From: Oculina patagonica
Lineage: Eukaryota
Length of the DNA: 64,000 nucleotides
Assembly: GCF_052425735.1 (NCBI RefSeq)
Contig: NC_135758.1
Span: 6,820,001-6,884,000 of the forward strand
Direction: 5' to 3'
A model generated the notes under the pieces. That model saw only the letters and a program-made list of their open reading frames with translations. It was not told the DNA's origin and searched no databases. This document shows, in pieces, positions 47,847 through 60,274 of this stretch. Every line of letters starts with the position of its first letter. Positions within the stretch are counted from its first letter, which is position 1. Position numbers and translations under genes: made by a program.

Positions 47847-48160
47847 TTCGTTCGTTCGTTCGTTTGTCCGTTGGTCCGTCCGTTTGTTTATCCGTTAGTT
47901 TGGTCGGTCGGTCGGTCGGGCTGGCGATCTGACTGGTGAACGACCAGTTGGTCCGGTCAGTCAGTCAGTTGTTCAATTCGTTCGTTTGTTTTCGTTCGTT
48001 CGTTCGTTCGTTCGTTTGTTCTTCCGTTCGTTCGTTCGATCGTTCGATCGTTCGATCGTTCGATCGTTCGATCGTTCGATCGTTCGTTCGATCGTTCGTT
48101 CGTTCGTTCCTTCGCTCGATCGTTAGTTCGTTCGTTCGTTCGTTCGTTCGTTCGTCCGTT
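47847..48160. repeat. Degenerate (TTCG/GTCG/ATCG)n microsatellite
   Basis: Direct reading; a shorter tract lies at ~51640-51722. Confidence 0.95.
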
Positions 48161-49859
48161 GACTTTAGTACGATCAAGCAGAATTCATATTGTCAGAAGT
48201 TTTATTTGGGTTACAATATTGTGCACTTTTCATCATTTTGGGAATTTTATTTATTGAAAACGTTGGATCGAGTATGGAGGATCCCCGAGCCAGTTATATA
48301 CAACGCTATAGTCGATTGAATCAAGGGCGAGCAGTCTAATTGTTTTTGCATTACCCAGCGGCAGGTCTGTAAAACGATGACAACCAACAAGCGGCAAAAA
48401 TTTAACGAACAACAGCGCTGGAAAGTATACTTCCCAACCTAGATTCTAATCTCGTATTGCTGATCAAAGGGAGGGTCTTATGTAATTATTTCCAGAAGCT
48501 AAGAAGATCACAATAATTTAAAAGTGAAAATATATATATATATTTCATGTCACCAGTTATGTACACAAAGTAGTAACGCCTTCAGCTACAGCTGATTAGA
48601 ATGTGTGATTCCCTTATCAAATTATTACAGAGACAACAGTATTGGATATGAGATAAAAAGTAACTGTTCACTTTAATACTACTTCAGTATTGAATGAAGC
48701 GACAAGAAGTATTAGTACCTGCCCACCGTTGGTAAGCCATCTACAGTTTTACAGGTTGCACAGACACTTCGACATCTACTCACTTGTATTCTTGGTGGAG
48801 AGGGGCACTCTAAGAGAAACGTTACAAAACACAATTTCTCGCTTCGGAGTCCTAACTGCAAATTGCGCAAACTGTATCAGGCCACCGCTCCAGTAGAAAT
48901 AAAGGGTACATGTTTATTTTTATAGAAAAACCGTAGGCGGGGGGGGGGGGGGGGGGTTAGCGGAGGAAGAATACTTTTTGTAAATTTTGGTTAGGTGTGA
49001 ATTCTGAAACGAGAAAAAAGTGATCCCCACTTTTTTTCCCCTTCATAAGTCATTATCCGACTACAGTAACATTTTTTAAAAAAATCTACTGACTAGAACA
49101 TCGTGCGAACGTCCTTAACCTCTCTTTTCAGAGTGTTCGTTTCTATTCTTTTTTTAATAAGGATGCTTCAACGACGACGGCAATGCTAACGACAACGTCA
49201 CCAAACAAAAGAATACACTGCAGGTGAGTTATATTCAGTCTTGGTACATTTCTTTGACGTCCTCGGCAAAACGTCAACGTGAAATGAACAAGTTCTGCGG
49301 ATATTTGAGAACGTGCACCCCGACGTCTAGTTTGGTTTGAACGCTTAGCTCCTCAGCTAAAGCTAGATAAATGCTAGATTCTTAAATAAAAGGAAAATTA
49401 GTTTATTTTTTGGCTAGGCGTTGTCCTTAATAAGCTTTTCTCACCCGAAAATAAGTCCCCACAATCTCAAACACAAATATCCTTTCTTAAACAAGCCCTC
49501 CCGAACATAAGCCTTCCGACTTAACAGTTTAGTTTCAGCTCTTTAAATAACTATAAAATAACAAATTTGTATCTCCAATTAATTATATACATGTATAGCA
49601 TCCCTTGTTGTTGTAGGCAGAGTCTATTTTCCCTTGGATTTGATCATAGTCTGCCAGTTTCGATCAATAGTTTATGATTACCTTTTCTAAGTTTTGCTAA
49701 TTCTTTCCCTTTTGTTTGGTTTACTTGTAAGATCTTAATAACAGGAGGGCGTATATTCGTCCTTAAAAGTGTTATAGAATTCTAATTTCTCAGAGTTTCG
49801 AATAGTATGTTGCCAGTGTAAAATATAATATTCCTTAGAATATCGGTATATCAGTGAGT

Positions 49860-51080
49860 TCAAAACGCACAAAAATCGCGTTTCTGTTCTTCTGCCTGCC
49901 ACGCTAGCTTTATATTACTAAACAGTACCGGTCTCTGTACAGTATTCTGCTGTGCTGTCTTTGCTTCGTCCCGGCTTCTGCCGTTCACGTTCCTAGGGCG
50001 CGCCGTGTTTCTACGTCTTGAGAGTCTGTAGGCTTTGACGCGATTTGCAAACGTTGAGAACCACCTCATCTTTAAGTCCATTCCGATTATTGAAGAGACG
50101 ATCGGAAGCGTCACGAGGTAGCTACGAATGGCTCTCGCCCATACTCGGCTCTTCGCCGCGTATATAATCGGCTTGACTATGCAGTGACACCACATGATCC
50201 ATTTGGTGGCTGTTTCGAGATCGTGAGGAATGGGACCGACACGTAGCCCGTCTAAGAGCAGAATGAAACAAGCGGGAAAAACTTGGAGTAAACTTGTTCC
50301 GATCACGACCTTCGACGTTGATGCCGATTTCGCGTAAACATTAATGGCCAACTTCTGCGCGTTTGAGAGCGAGACAGGAGACACTCTATGCCGATTTAAA
50401 TTAATAACCTTGTTAATTTGGTAGTAGCAATAAAAAATTAGAAATAGTGGAGATACCGCAAAGATAGCTATAGTTACAACAACAGAAAACCATTCCAAAC
50501 CGTCCATAGTGTCATGTAGGTATTGATGTGCACACACGTAAAAGCCTGGAAAGAACACGACATCTACACGATTGGTGAGCAACGGTAGCCATGGAAACGA
50601 TCCGAGGAAACTTACACACCAAGCTATTGCAGTCAGTTTCACGGCATCCTTTATATCGATCGCACGCCGTGATGGTTTCACGATCACCTGATATCGATCA
50701 AACGCGATTATAACCAGTTGCAAAACAGTTATCTGTGTAAAGTACAAGTTAAAGAACCCGTTTGCAGCGCAGAATTTATCTCCAAAGATCCACCCGTCGT
50801 ATCCTACAGAAATCAGCGCGAAGGGAATCACAAGCACACTTGTGCCAAGATCTACGATACTTTGACTGACGATGAGAATGTTAGTTGCTGTTTGCATGCG
50901 TACGTCAGCGTAAACCGCATGTACGACAATGGAATTGCCGGCTATTGACGCGAGCATCACTATGGCCAGAGGTATTATTTTGAAGACTTTCGAAGCCGTC
51001 GAGGTCATCATCACATCAGAAGCCAAGAGTAGCGTTTCTTCATCAGAATAATTGCCTCCCGTGGCATTTAGGAGGGCCAT
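49860..51080 (-). CDS. Class A GPCR, orphan (GPR161/aminergic-like), 406 aa
   Basis: First ATG at 51080 (MALLNATGGNYS); GN, WIFGDKFC in ECL1, DRY, KPIIY in TM7; acceptor ttcatttcatag at ~51180 upstream. Confidence 0.9.
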   Translation of the reverse strand: MALLNATGGNYSDEETLLLASDVMMTSTASKVFKIIPLAIVMLASIAGNSIVVHAVYADVRMQTATNILIVSQSIVDLGTSVLVIPFALISVGYDGWIFGDKFCAANGFFNLYFTQITVLQLVIIAFDRYQVIVKPSRRAIDIKDAVKLTAIAWCVSFLGSFPWLPLLTNRVDVVFFPGFYVCAHQYLHDTMDGLEWFSVVVTIAIFAVSPLFLIFYCYYQINKVINLNRHRVSPVSLSNAQKLAINVYAKSASTSKVVIGTSLLQVFPACFILLLDGLRVGPIPHDLETATKWIMWCHCIVKPIIYAAKSRVWARAIRSYLVTLPIVSSIIGMDLKMRWFSTFANRVKAYRLSRRRNTARPRNVNGRSRDEAKTAQQNTVQRPVLFSNIKLAWQAEEQKRDFCAF

Positions 51081-52595
51081 TGTCCTAGTAAAAGGAAGCA
51101 CGCCCTTTGCACCTGTGTTGATCGCGGCTGTTTGGAATCTCACAATTTTGTCTTCAGCTATTCAAATCCACTACCCCACCTATGAAATGAAAGTTATTTC
51201 AGTCATTTCACAGCTATTTTTATTACGTAAGCGGCTTAGTTCCTAACGAATAATGGCCGTCTTGATCTAATAATGGCCATATTGAGAGGAATACTAATTT
51301 GCCAGAGATTAACTATTGGTCTGAAAGGAATTGTTCACCTAATCGGCAGAGTAGATAAATAAGATAACAAGAAACGAATATTTCGTCTTAGACAAATTAT
51401 ACCATAAAACAAATGGGAGCTTATGACACCTTTTTTTTGTCGTTGCTGGATGGTAGTGAATTTGCGTGAAACATTAACTGAAACAGAAAACAATAACAAA
51501 ACAAGGAGAAGCTTATCCTCCTAAATAAATGCCTTACGTTCCTGAGATCACGCATTTATTTTCTTATATTTAAACATTCGAGGATATCAAGAAAGTGTTC
51601 GGGACTTAAAAGGAAACACCAGAGCATTGGCATGCGTTTTGTTCGTTCGTTCGTCCATTCCAACGTTAGTTCATTTGTTCGTTCGTTCATTCGTTCGTTC
51701 GTACGTTTAAGCGTTTGTTCGTTTATAGTTTAGCTCGCTATGGGAGGCAAGTCTGAGACACTATCTTTATTTATCATATTTTTCTTTTTTTGACCCTAAG
51801 AGCTAAGAACCAACATTGTTATTGTCATTAAAGCATCACATTTGTTTATTTGGATTTTTCATGATCGTTGGCTAATAGCAAAATAAAATGATTCGTTTCC
51901 CGTTTGCAGTGAGCCTGAGCGTTTTATTCGATTTTTCTGTTTTAATTTTTTAGGCATTACCAGCTGCCTTTTTGGCGCTGTAAAATGTGTGTCCTGAGTA
52001 AGAAAGATTAAGCATGACGTTTGTTTTGCCCGGGATCGGGAAAACCATTTTTATGGGCTTCTGTTTGCCTTTTCTTTCTTAGAAGATAGAAAAGTTTAGT
52101 GTTTGTCCGTGAACGACTGAAACATTTTTTAATTTTTTTTTCTGATTTTTTTTTTTTAAAAAAATTACAGAGGACATGCAGTTGTAAGTCTGACAATTGC
52201 TCAGTGCGGTTAAAAAGTTTGGTGTTTAATCTCTTAATTTCTTTTAATCAGACGCCGGTAGAGCTAAGGATTAGTCATTTATCGGATATGAGATCCACAC
52301 TCTCAATGTTCGTGTTAATTGCCTACCTCTATTTTTATCAAGCCTAACCCTGAATATTCTAGATCTGCTCAGGTTGCTTAGGTTGCTTTGCGTTTTGTTC
52401 CAACATCTGCGGATATGCTACACTTATATAGTAATCGTTGAATCTGGCAATGGGAAATATTCATAATATTGCCTACAAAATGGCATTTCTCGTGTTATCG
52501 AAACATGTTTAAAAATGAAACTTTGCCAGTCTAGGAAATAATACACGCGGCTTACGTCACGAGTTTAAGCGCGCATCATTTCTTTAGCATTTTAT

Positions 52596-52797
52596 AAAAG
52601 AAATAAAAAAAACTTCTCCTCGTGCATTGTTGAGTTATACAACTGACTTGGGAATTTTTAATTAAGAACACTCGAGAACTGCGAAAAGCACTCGGCTGCG
52701 CCTCGTACTTCTCTACGCACTTCTCTCGTGTTCTTAAAAATTCCCGCTTGCTTATATATCTCAGCAATGCATTCGGGTGTGTTTGTTATTTCTTTAA
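52596..52797. mobile_element. Hairpin repeat of the Crypton-associated type
   Basis: Arms aaagaaataa..tgcattgttgagttata..gggaattttta..agaacac / gtgttcttaaaaattccc..tatatctcagcaatgca..ttatttcttt; central cactcggctgcgcctcgt resembles the loop at ~61579-61599. Confidence 0.6.
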
Positions 52798-54009
52798 TAA
52801 TTTCGAACTGGAGCTTTTGTGCAAAACTAAATAGCCTTCACTCAAAATTAAACGCTTTTCGTGCGGTTGACGGATATTCTGTAGCCCGTAATTATGTCCC
52901 AGTTATGCCCCAAATGTTAAAAGCCGTTAGATATTTTCCGTAAATTTTACTGAATGCGATCATCTTTGGCCCGGTTTTTTATATTGTTCTGTTCTGTTTT
53001 TTCTTCTTCATTTTACACACAAAAGGGCAAAAAAGCATTAAATCATAATGTTTTGTCGGCAACTAAAGGAAATAAAAAAAGAGTTAGTTATGCATTATTC
53101 TGAAATATTTCGGTATCTCTCCCCTGACGTATGTTAGCAAAATAGGCAATTAGTTCCCTTTGTTATCAATTTTTCGGTAAAAAGTTCATCTGCTTCCTTA
53201 GATCTTCTCTGGGAGAATAGGGCCTGCAATTGCAATGCCGCACTTGATGTAAAGTTACATCTGAGTAAAGTGCACATATTTAGACCGAACGTTAAAAAAA
53301 ATTCAAGTAAATGCCCTGATCTAATCAATAAAACAGAAACTCTACGTTTTCGTTGCCACAACAGCCTAATGGTTCAGTATTTATATATTGTTTTTACTGC
53401 TAATGATTTTAAAGGATCAACCATCGTGTTTATACTTTCTGGAATTGTTCGTTTGTTTTCGTTTAAGGTTGGACAGGTGCATTTCCAAGTGCAGTTGTTT
53501 TTCATTCAATTTAATTCTTTTTCGCGAGGGTGTACGGTATTCAAAACGACAAGTAGAATTTGACAAGCCGAAGCTGAATACGCCCTCGCGAAAATTAAAT
53601 TTCGTTTCCCGTCCAGCAATTGAAAGAAACAATTGTTTAAAATTTCGCTTCAATTTTCGCGATTTTACTTCACATTGTGGAAAAGATCAAAGATTCCAAC
53701 CAAAAAAGCGAGTTAGAAAAAAAAAGGGAAGAAACAAGACCGTATTTATGATTGTTTAAAATAAGTGACACGGTGTAAGGCATGAAGAGTTTGATAATTG
53801 TTTGAGCTGCCAGGAAAACTTTCTTGTTTATTTTTCTTGATCAGTGTTACAACATTTAACTTTGCGCGTAAACCGTTATTTGTATCAACAGGATCTTTAA
53901 ATTTAACCGCTTATAAAACTTGTAAAAAAAACACACAAAAAAATCCTATTAATTTTTTTTTTTTTTAAAAAATATTATTTTTTTTTTTTTGTTTTGCGCT
54001 TTTTCCCCC

Positions 54010-54247
54010 GTTTTTTGTCGCGCAACTCAATGCAATTTTTGTCTCGCCGAAATTGCATGAAGTTCCCTGCGATATCGCGACGATAAAATCGCCATAAAAT
54101 CGCCGCGAGTTTGCACGCGAGTAACAAGGGGCCATAAAATCGCTGCGATATCGCAGGGGTCTCGAACCTGTTCGAAACTTGATGTAACTTCGACAAAAAG
54201 TTGCATTGAGTTGCGCGACAAAAATCGCCTGTGTAAACGGACCTTTA
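54010..54247. mobile_element. Harbinger-like MITE, one end damaged
   Basis: Inverted tttttgtcgcgcaactcaatgcaa / ttgcattgagttgcgcgacaaaaa; terminus cctgtgtaaacggacct|tta. Confidence 0.7.
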
Positions 54248-54997
54248 AGCTGATCACAAATATGTATGTTTTCTCGCTACGTGTAATCGTGAAAATAAAT
54301 TGATTTTGAGGACATTTAATTTAGAATACGATTTCGGTTAGATAAAAATGACTAAAATATAACCACCATCACACATTTCACACAACCTCGAGCAAACCTT
54401 TTTATGTTATCAGCTTATCACCTCAGTTTAATAATTTTCCACGAACTAACGTTTTAAATTTTACTCAGAGTTTAAATAATTCATTTTAATTTCGGGGTTC
54501 AGTTCTGTGTTTTCGATTTGAAAGGATTTTTAAACTTGACAGATACTCTAGACTTTTGAAAAATTATCATATTATCAATTTGTATAATATTTCTTAGTTT
54601 ATGACAGGTAAAATAGTTTGTATGTGTAATTATCTTGTGCTCGTAAATTCATAGGTCAATACAAATATAAAACAACCTAGCATTGAAGAAATGTCCCTGT
54701 TTTTGTTGTTTTAGTCTGAATCGAGCTTAAGTAAAATGAAAAATAATTTGCTTTTAGTATTACGTTATAATAATATTTTGCACTTTCAAGAACACACAAG
54801 CTTTCAACAAAAGTTATGGAAAAAGTTGGTCGGTTAACATTCAGAGGGCGTAAGGCAGTTCGTGCTGCAGGAGTTTCGAAATGGCAACATTAGTTCGGGC
54901 GACAATATTGCACGTTTTGAATACGGTTTAAAAACTAAAACTGCGCGCCGAGCGTGCAGCGACAATTTTTTCGTATTTTTGGGTGCTGTGTCAAATG

Positions 54998-55329
54998 ATG
55001 ATATATGTTGTTTCATAACGTCAGAGTTTTGCGTTCAGATTCTCGCAACAAGATGAAATGCAGGTTTAGAAGATGGGCTTATAAAATAGCTTCGCGCAGC
55101 GTGGTGCAGCGCAAAATTTGGCGTATTTTTGCGCTTAAAGTTAGCAAAATTTTGCGTCTTTTTGGCGCGTTAAGTTAAAAACTATCGATATAAATTGTCA
55201 AATGTCAAACTACAGATATATATTGTTTCATAACGCCAGAATTCTGCGTTGAAATTCTTGCAACAAGATGAATTGCATGGTTTATAGAAGACGGGCGTAT
55301 AAATAACTTTTGCGCAGCGTGGTGCAGCA
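54998..55329. repeat. Two diverged direct copies of a ~110-bp unit (~55000-55110, ~55217-55329)
   Basis: ttgtttcataacg.caga.tt.tgcgtt.a.attct.gcaacaagatgaa.tgca ... gcgcagcgtggtgcagc present twice. Confidence 0.85.
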
Positions 55330-58300
55330 TGTTAAACTAGCGATATTATTTGTTTTATGGGGTCTCAACTTGCGTTAAAATTCTAGCTTATCGTTAAAAA
55401 ATCGCCTCGCGTTACATCGCCTTCAGTAGTGTTTAACTTAATATCAAGATATATAATATTTTACCTTGTTTAGGTCATTTTTTACACTCGCTCCGCTCCT
55501 GACTGTTCGGAAATCTTGAACTGAGTCGAAGGATGTTTTTTATTCCAATTTTTTCCTTTTTCTTATTTTTGAGCTGACGTCACAAGGAAGTCGTAGGGGA
55601 CAAAAAACAAAAGAAACTCAGTATCGAGGACAGCTGCAATCACCTTAACTCTATTCAAAACATGTTCTTCTTGACCAAAACAACGTTTTTCTGGTGATGT
55701 TTCGATGTGTGTATGTTGGGATCAGTTGAATACAGTTTTTAGGACCTGAAATCCCTGGCATATAAACTAAATTAAGTGACATTAGCTTTGCAGTTTTGCG
55801 TTCCCACTACAAGATTTCAAAATGTTGAATTTATTCTTTTATCATCCAGCAATCTTAAAACACGAGTTATCTCCGGCCTTCGAGATTGGTCATTGTTGCC
55901 TTTTCGTAAAAATATAAAAAAAGTTCACGAATCTTTGATGTTTTTGAAGTGTATTACAAAGTTACTTATATTTATTTGCATTTGGCCTGGTATATTATGA
56001 ACTTGAAGATTTATCAGAAACTGTGTCACAAACGCATTGTGCAGACCGCAATTAAGGTTGCATTCTTGGTGAATTCCGTAAACAAATAACAATAGCGTTA
56101 AAAAAGGTGAAAATTGCGATCGTTCGTTTCTTCCTTTTCATTGTGCGATAAGATCTGAGGAAACGTTTATCTTGAGCTAGTTAGCACGAAAAAGAACAAT
56201 TGAGAAAATCACCCAAATTTCCATGCTCAATGATAAATAAACCGATGATAAATTGAAAATGAGTAACATTAAAAATGAATAAAATATTTTAAAACGTTAT
56301 TTTGCCCCGGTGAGTTAAGCGGTTCATCGTTATTTTAAAATTAGTTATATTGCCACTAAAAGCGCTTCTCAGGGAGTTGTCAATAAAGTATGTATTGTAT
56401 TGTGCTGGGCCGCTTGCTAAAACACGGCTGTTTTGATGGCAAATAGACCTACAGGCAGAACGGATTATTTAGGAAATTGCAATTCTGAGAGCATACTGTC
56501 TAACTTTCTAGATCAATCTACAGCTGGTAGCTTTAGGCGAAAATACACTAGATATTACTTTTACTGTAATATTTCAATTCTGTATTCATGTGGATGTTTA
56601 TACCATATGGCTCTGAAAGTGAATATATGAAATGCCCTATATTAAAAAAAAATAACTGAAAGGCTGTTTAAGACTTAGATCGAATTCGCACAATGTGATC
56701 TCAGACCATAACGATCACGACAAATTAAGCTGATACAATTCGAGCCCAGTGAACATTTAGCTTATTAGCAATTTGTTTTATTTATTCTTCGATCAGGAAA
56801 CTGTATTTAAGTTTTCGACTTCGAATGTCGCTGAAAAGCCCGTCTCTTGACCGATGCTTGAGAAAAAACATTGATTGTTTCAGTTTAGGCATGGCGCGCA
56901 TGGCCTTGTATTGGAAATTGAAATGTGCGTAATTTTCAAAATTGAAAAATAATTTTGATGATGGGGACCAAAGGTTTTCGCAGCTCTTCGCGCTGTGTCG
57001 ACGTGTTAACCAAACTGTTCGAAATTTTGTATGTAAACTCACTGTAGCTTTTCAGTTGAGCCGAGAAACACGCCAGTATTTCAGTCACCATAGCCTCCCA
57101 CCATGTATGGTCCTTAATTATGTCATAAGGCTATCGAAAAATAGGTCTGTTTTCTACTTATAGCCTTATTTTTTATACGGTTTGTGGTCTTTTACTTTGA
57201 GGAAAGAGTAGATAGAAAAGCGAACGACCACAGAACAATTAAAAACTTAGATTACCTTTCTGAATTCCGAAGCTTGCGTGTTGTGAAGACAAAACATCAT
57301 TCCTCTCAAAAAGTGAAACGTCGTATATTCCACTCGAATAATTAGTTGTTCCCTGGCGCGGCGGATAAAACCTAGAAACGACCAATCAGAGACAACATGG
57401 GCCTCTTTTATTAGCCATCAGTATGGAAATTTGCAGCTTGAATTAATTGATACTGTATGTTTTTCTCGAGAGGGATTGGATGAGTTCACGACGTCAGACG
57501 CCTATGTCATATCTTTTTTTAGTCTGCGAACAGGCGAATTTTGTTCGAGCTCCTAGCTACTTGCTCTTAGGCCCGGATTAAACGCTGTACTTCTCATAAA
57601 TTTAACCCAATGTAAATGAAAAAAAAAAAAAATAGCATTTGCTCATTAGTTTTTTGTTAAGCTCAAGAAAAGTACTGCGTTTAACCGAGGCGTTAGTCTT
57701 TAAGTGGTCGCGCGAATTCGAGTGTTTCATTGATAACAGAAGTGTTTCAGCTCTTATATCATAGTGCGTAGCTGAAAAAAATAATATTTTCAACAAATTT
57801 ATCGTCTTTTGAAAAGTATTGTTCCTTCACAATTATAAAGCTCTTTGTTTTGAGTGTAGGGATTAAAATCAATAGAATATTAATGTAATTTCTTCTTATA
57901 TTTTAGTATTTCTTAACAGCGCCGTTGCTGATAATATTCGTCCGTAATGTAAAATGTGATTCAAACATTTACACAACATTGAAAAAAGCTTGATTATTTT
58001 TTTAAAAGAGTGTCAGGTCTTTTGCCAAAAAGAGCGCCGTCATTTCTGAAAAAAAAGTAGGAAATGAATCTTCATTTCCGTCAGCTGTGCTTGTTATGGT
58101 AAAAATTACATCGACAAACAAAAATTTCAGTGATCTACTGCAAACCGACGACAAAAAAAGTTTTAATGCTCCAAAACTTGAGAAATGGAAACCTGAATTT
58201 GCTAATAAAAATTGATACGCAAGATAAAAAAAAAACAGTCATAAAAACGTTTTCTGTTGAAACATTTTTCGCCTGGTTATAATAAATTAAGGTAGATTTT

Positions 58301-58385
58301 ACACGACACTAATCGATCACCAATCTCGTACCCAGTTTTTAGCGGCAAAAAAAAAAAAAAAAAATTAAAATGTAACTACAAATGT

Positions 58386-58590
58386 CCCGGGTGGGGACTC
58401 GCATATGAAAGGGTTGGGATGCTCGTCGTTTCGCTAAGGGGTACCTATCTATAAAAAGAATATATTCTTAGTTTTTTGGTATCTTTCAGGTTAAGAAAGC
58501 TTAAGTCACACAGAGATTGGTCTCTTATAGGGGTTCTCTACAAAATTTCCGACAAGCATCCCCGCCATTTCATATAGGAGTACCCCCGGG
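58386..58590. mobile_element. hAT-like cccggg MITE
   Basis: TSD acaaatgt / acaaatga; same termini as 32032 and 45119. Confidence 0.8.
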
Positions 58591-60274
58591 ACAAATGAAG
58601 CCCAAGCCAAAAAGAGAATTATTTTATGCTTGCGTCGTTGGCTATATATTGACAGACATTATAGGTAGTAACGGCGCCTTTTATCTGTATCCACAGAGAT
58701 GCATAACTTTGTATATTTTCAGCTTAGTGTATTTAAATTTGTAATTTGCTTAACGACTCCAATGATGCTGTGTGTAGGCTTAATAACCTCATACTTTTAT
58801 TTGCCTTTTTCATTCATTCAGGCTTTCAACAACCATTATTCTTTTTCTGTAATGACGGTTGAATAATAAGCGAGCAAAACGAGAAAGCAAACAGACATAC
58901 AAACTATTGACAAGTTCAGCAAAAATATATAGCACTTAGCACTGTGAAGAACGGCTTTTTACCCCAACCCCCCCCCCCCGTGGAGGGTTTGTCTTAACTT
59001 TTATGACTACCTTTGAATTACTGAGGGGGCTTTAGCAATCACGAAAAAGAGACTGAGGACATTGCTCTAGATCGCTATTTTTAGGAAGTCTATCAAAACT
59101 ATTCACAACAAAAATGCTTAAAGCAGCGTCACATTGCTAATAGAAGACGAACACATTGTGTTCAAGTGTCAAAATACTGAAATGTTTTAAATGCCGGCAG
59201 GGACCAAGGAGCATTTTTCAAAATGAGGGGGGTGGGAATTATAGCCCCCCTCCCTCGCAGCTCCCCCGGCTCCGCTGTTCCTGATGCGTCCATTCTCAAA
59301 TGGAAGCATTTGTCTAGTTTTATGTGCAGTCGTAAACTATAATCAAGCAAAGAGTAAATACGATCTGTCCGAGGGAGAACACGGTACAAGAAATATAAAG
59401 GCGATTATAATGTTTGTTTTTCTCTATCATAGGAATCCTCCGTTGGAATGGCAAGCTACTGAAATATGACGAGGAACACTAAAACCTTGTTTCAGCGCCA
59501 CTAGGCTGCAAAAGAAAAGAAACAAAGGACGTATTAGAATTAAACAAAAAAAAAAAGACCAAACCGAGAGACATACTGTACAAGTTTATTCTGCCGAAAC
59601 CTCGCCCACCAAGAAGGTGATACAGCTTTGTAAAGCCACGGCCATTTCCACTACGACCACGGAACCTTTCTCACTTTTTTTCAAAATTAAATTTTGAGAT
59701 TTATCGACGGAATGTGAAACCTACTACAGAGGCCATTTTGTAATAAGTCGCCAAAACTCGTTAAAACTGGCCAATCATGTGTCTTTCTTAACATAGCCGC
59801 GAAGTATGGCCACGAGCTTAAAATAGATACAAGAAAGTTATCACTGAAGAACACATGTATGGGGGATGTGTTCTCTTCGTTCATTCTCATTCTCTTACAC
59901 CTAATCAATAGTTATCTTTAACCTCATAGAGAAGGTAAAACCTTTGAAACCTTGGATGTACAATTAGTTACAATTAGGGGAATATTCTGTTTTCTGTCTC
60001 CTACTTTTTTTTGACAGTTTGCCAGTGCCGTCAGGGATTAAAAGCTTAAAGGAACTGATTTTCTACATATAGGTTGAAGTGGAATTAAGTTCTGGCAGTA
60101 CGGTGCGGTTCTCTTTGTGCAAAAGCTATAATTGCTGAATCTGATATACCGTAAAAGCTGTATTATTGCCTGAAAAGGCCCCGCTTTTCCCACCATGGCA
60201 TCCCCATTTCCTTTGTCAGGAAGCCATGGTCAGTTTGTGAACAAAAATAAAAAAATAAGCTCTTTATGAGATAC

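Noticed and set aside
49860-51080. Opsin, because TM7 contains lysines
   Set aside because: The retinal-binding position (7.43, seven residues before the NPxxY Pro) is Trp; the lysines are at 7.39 and 7.49.
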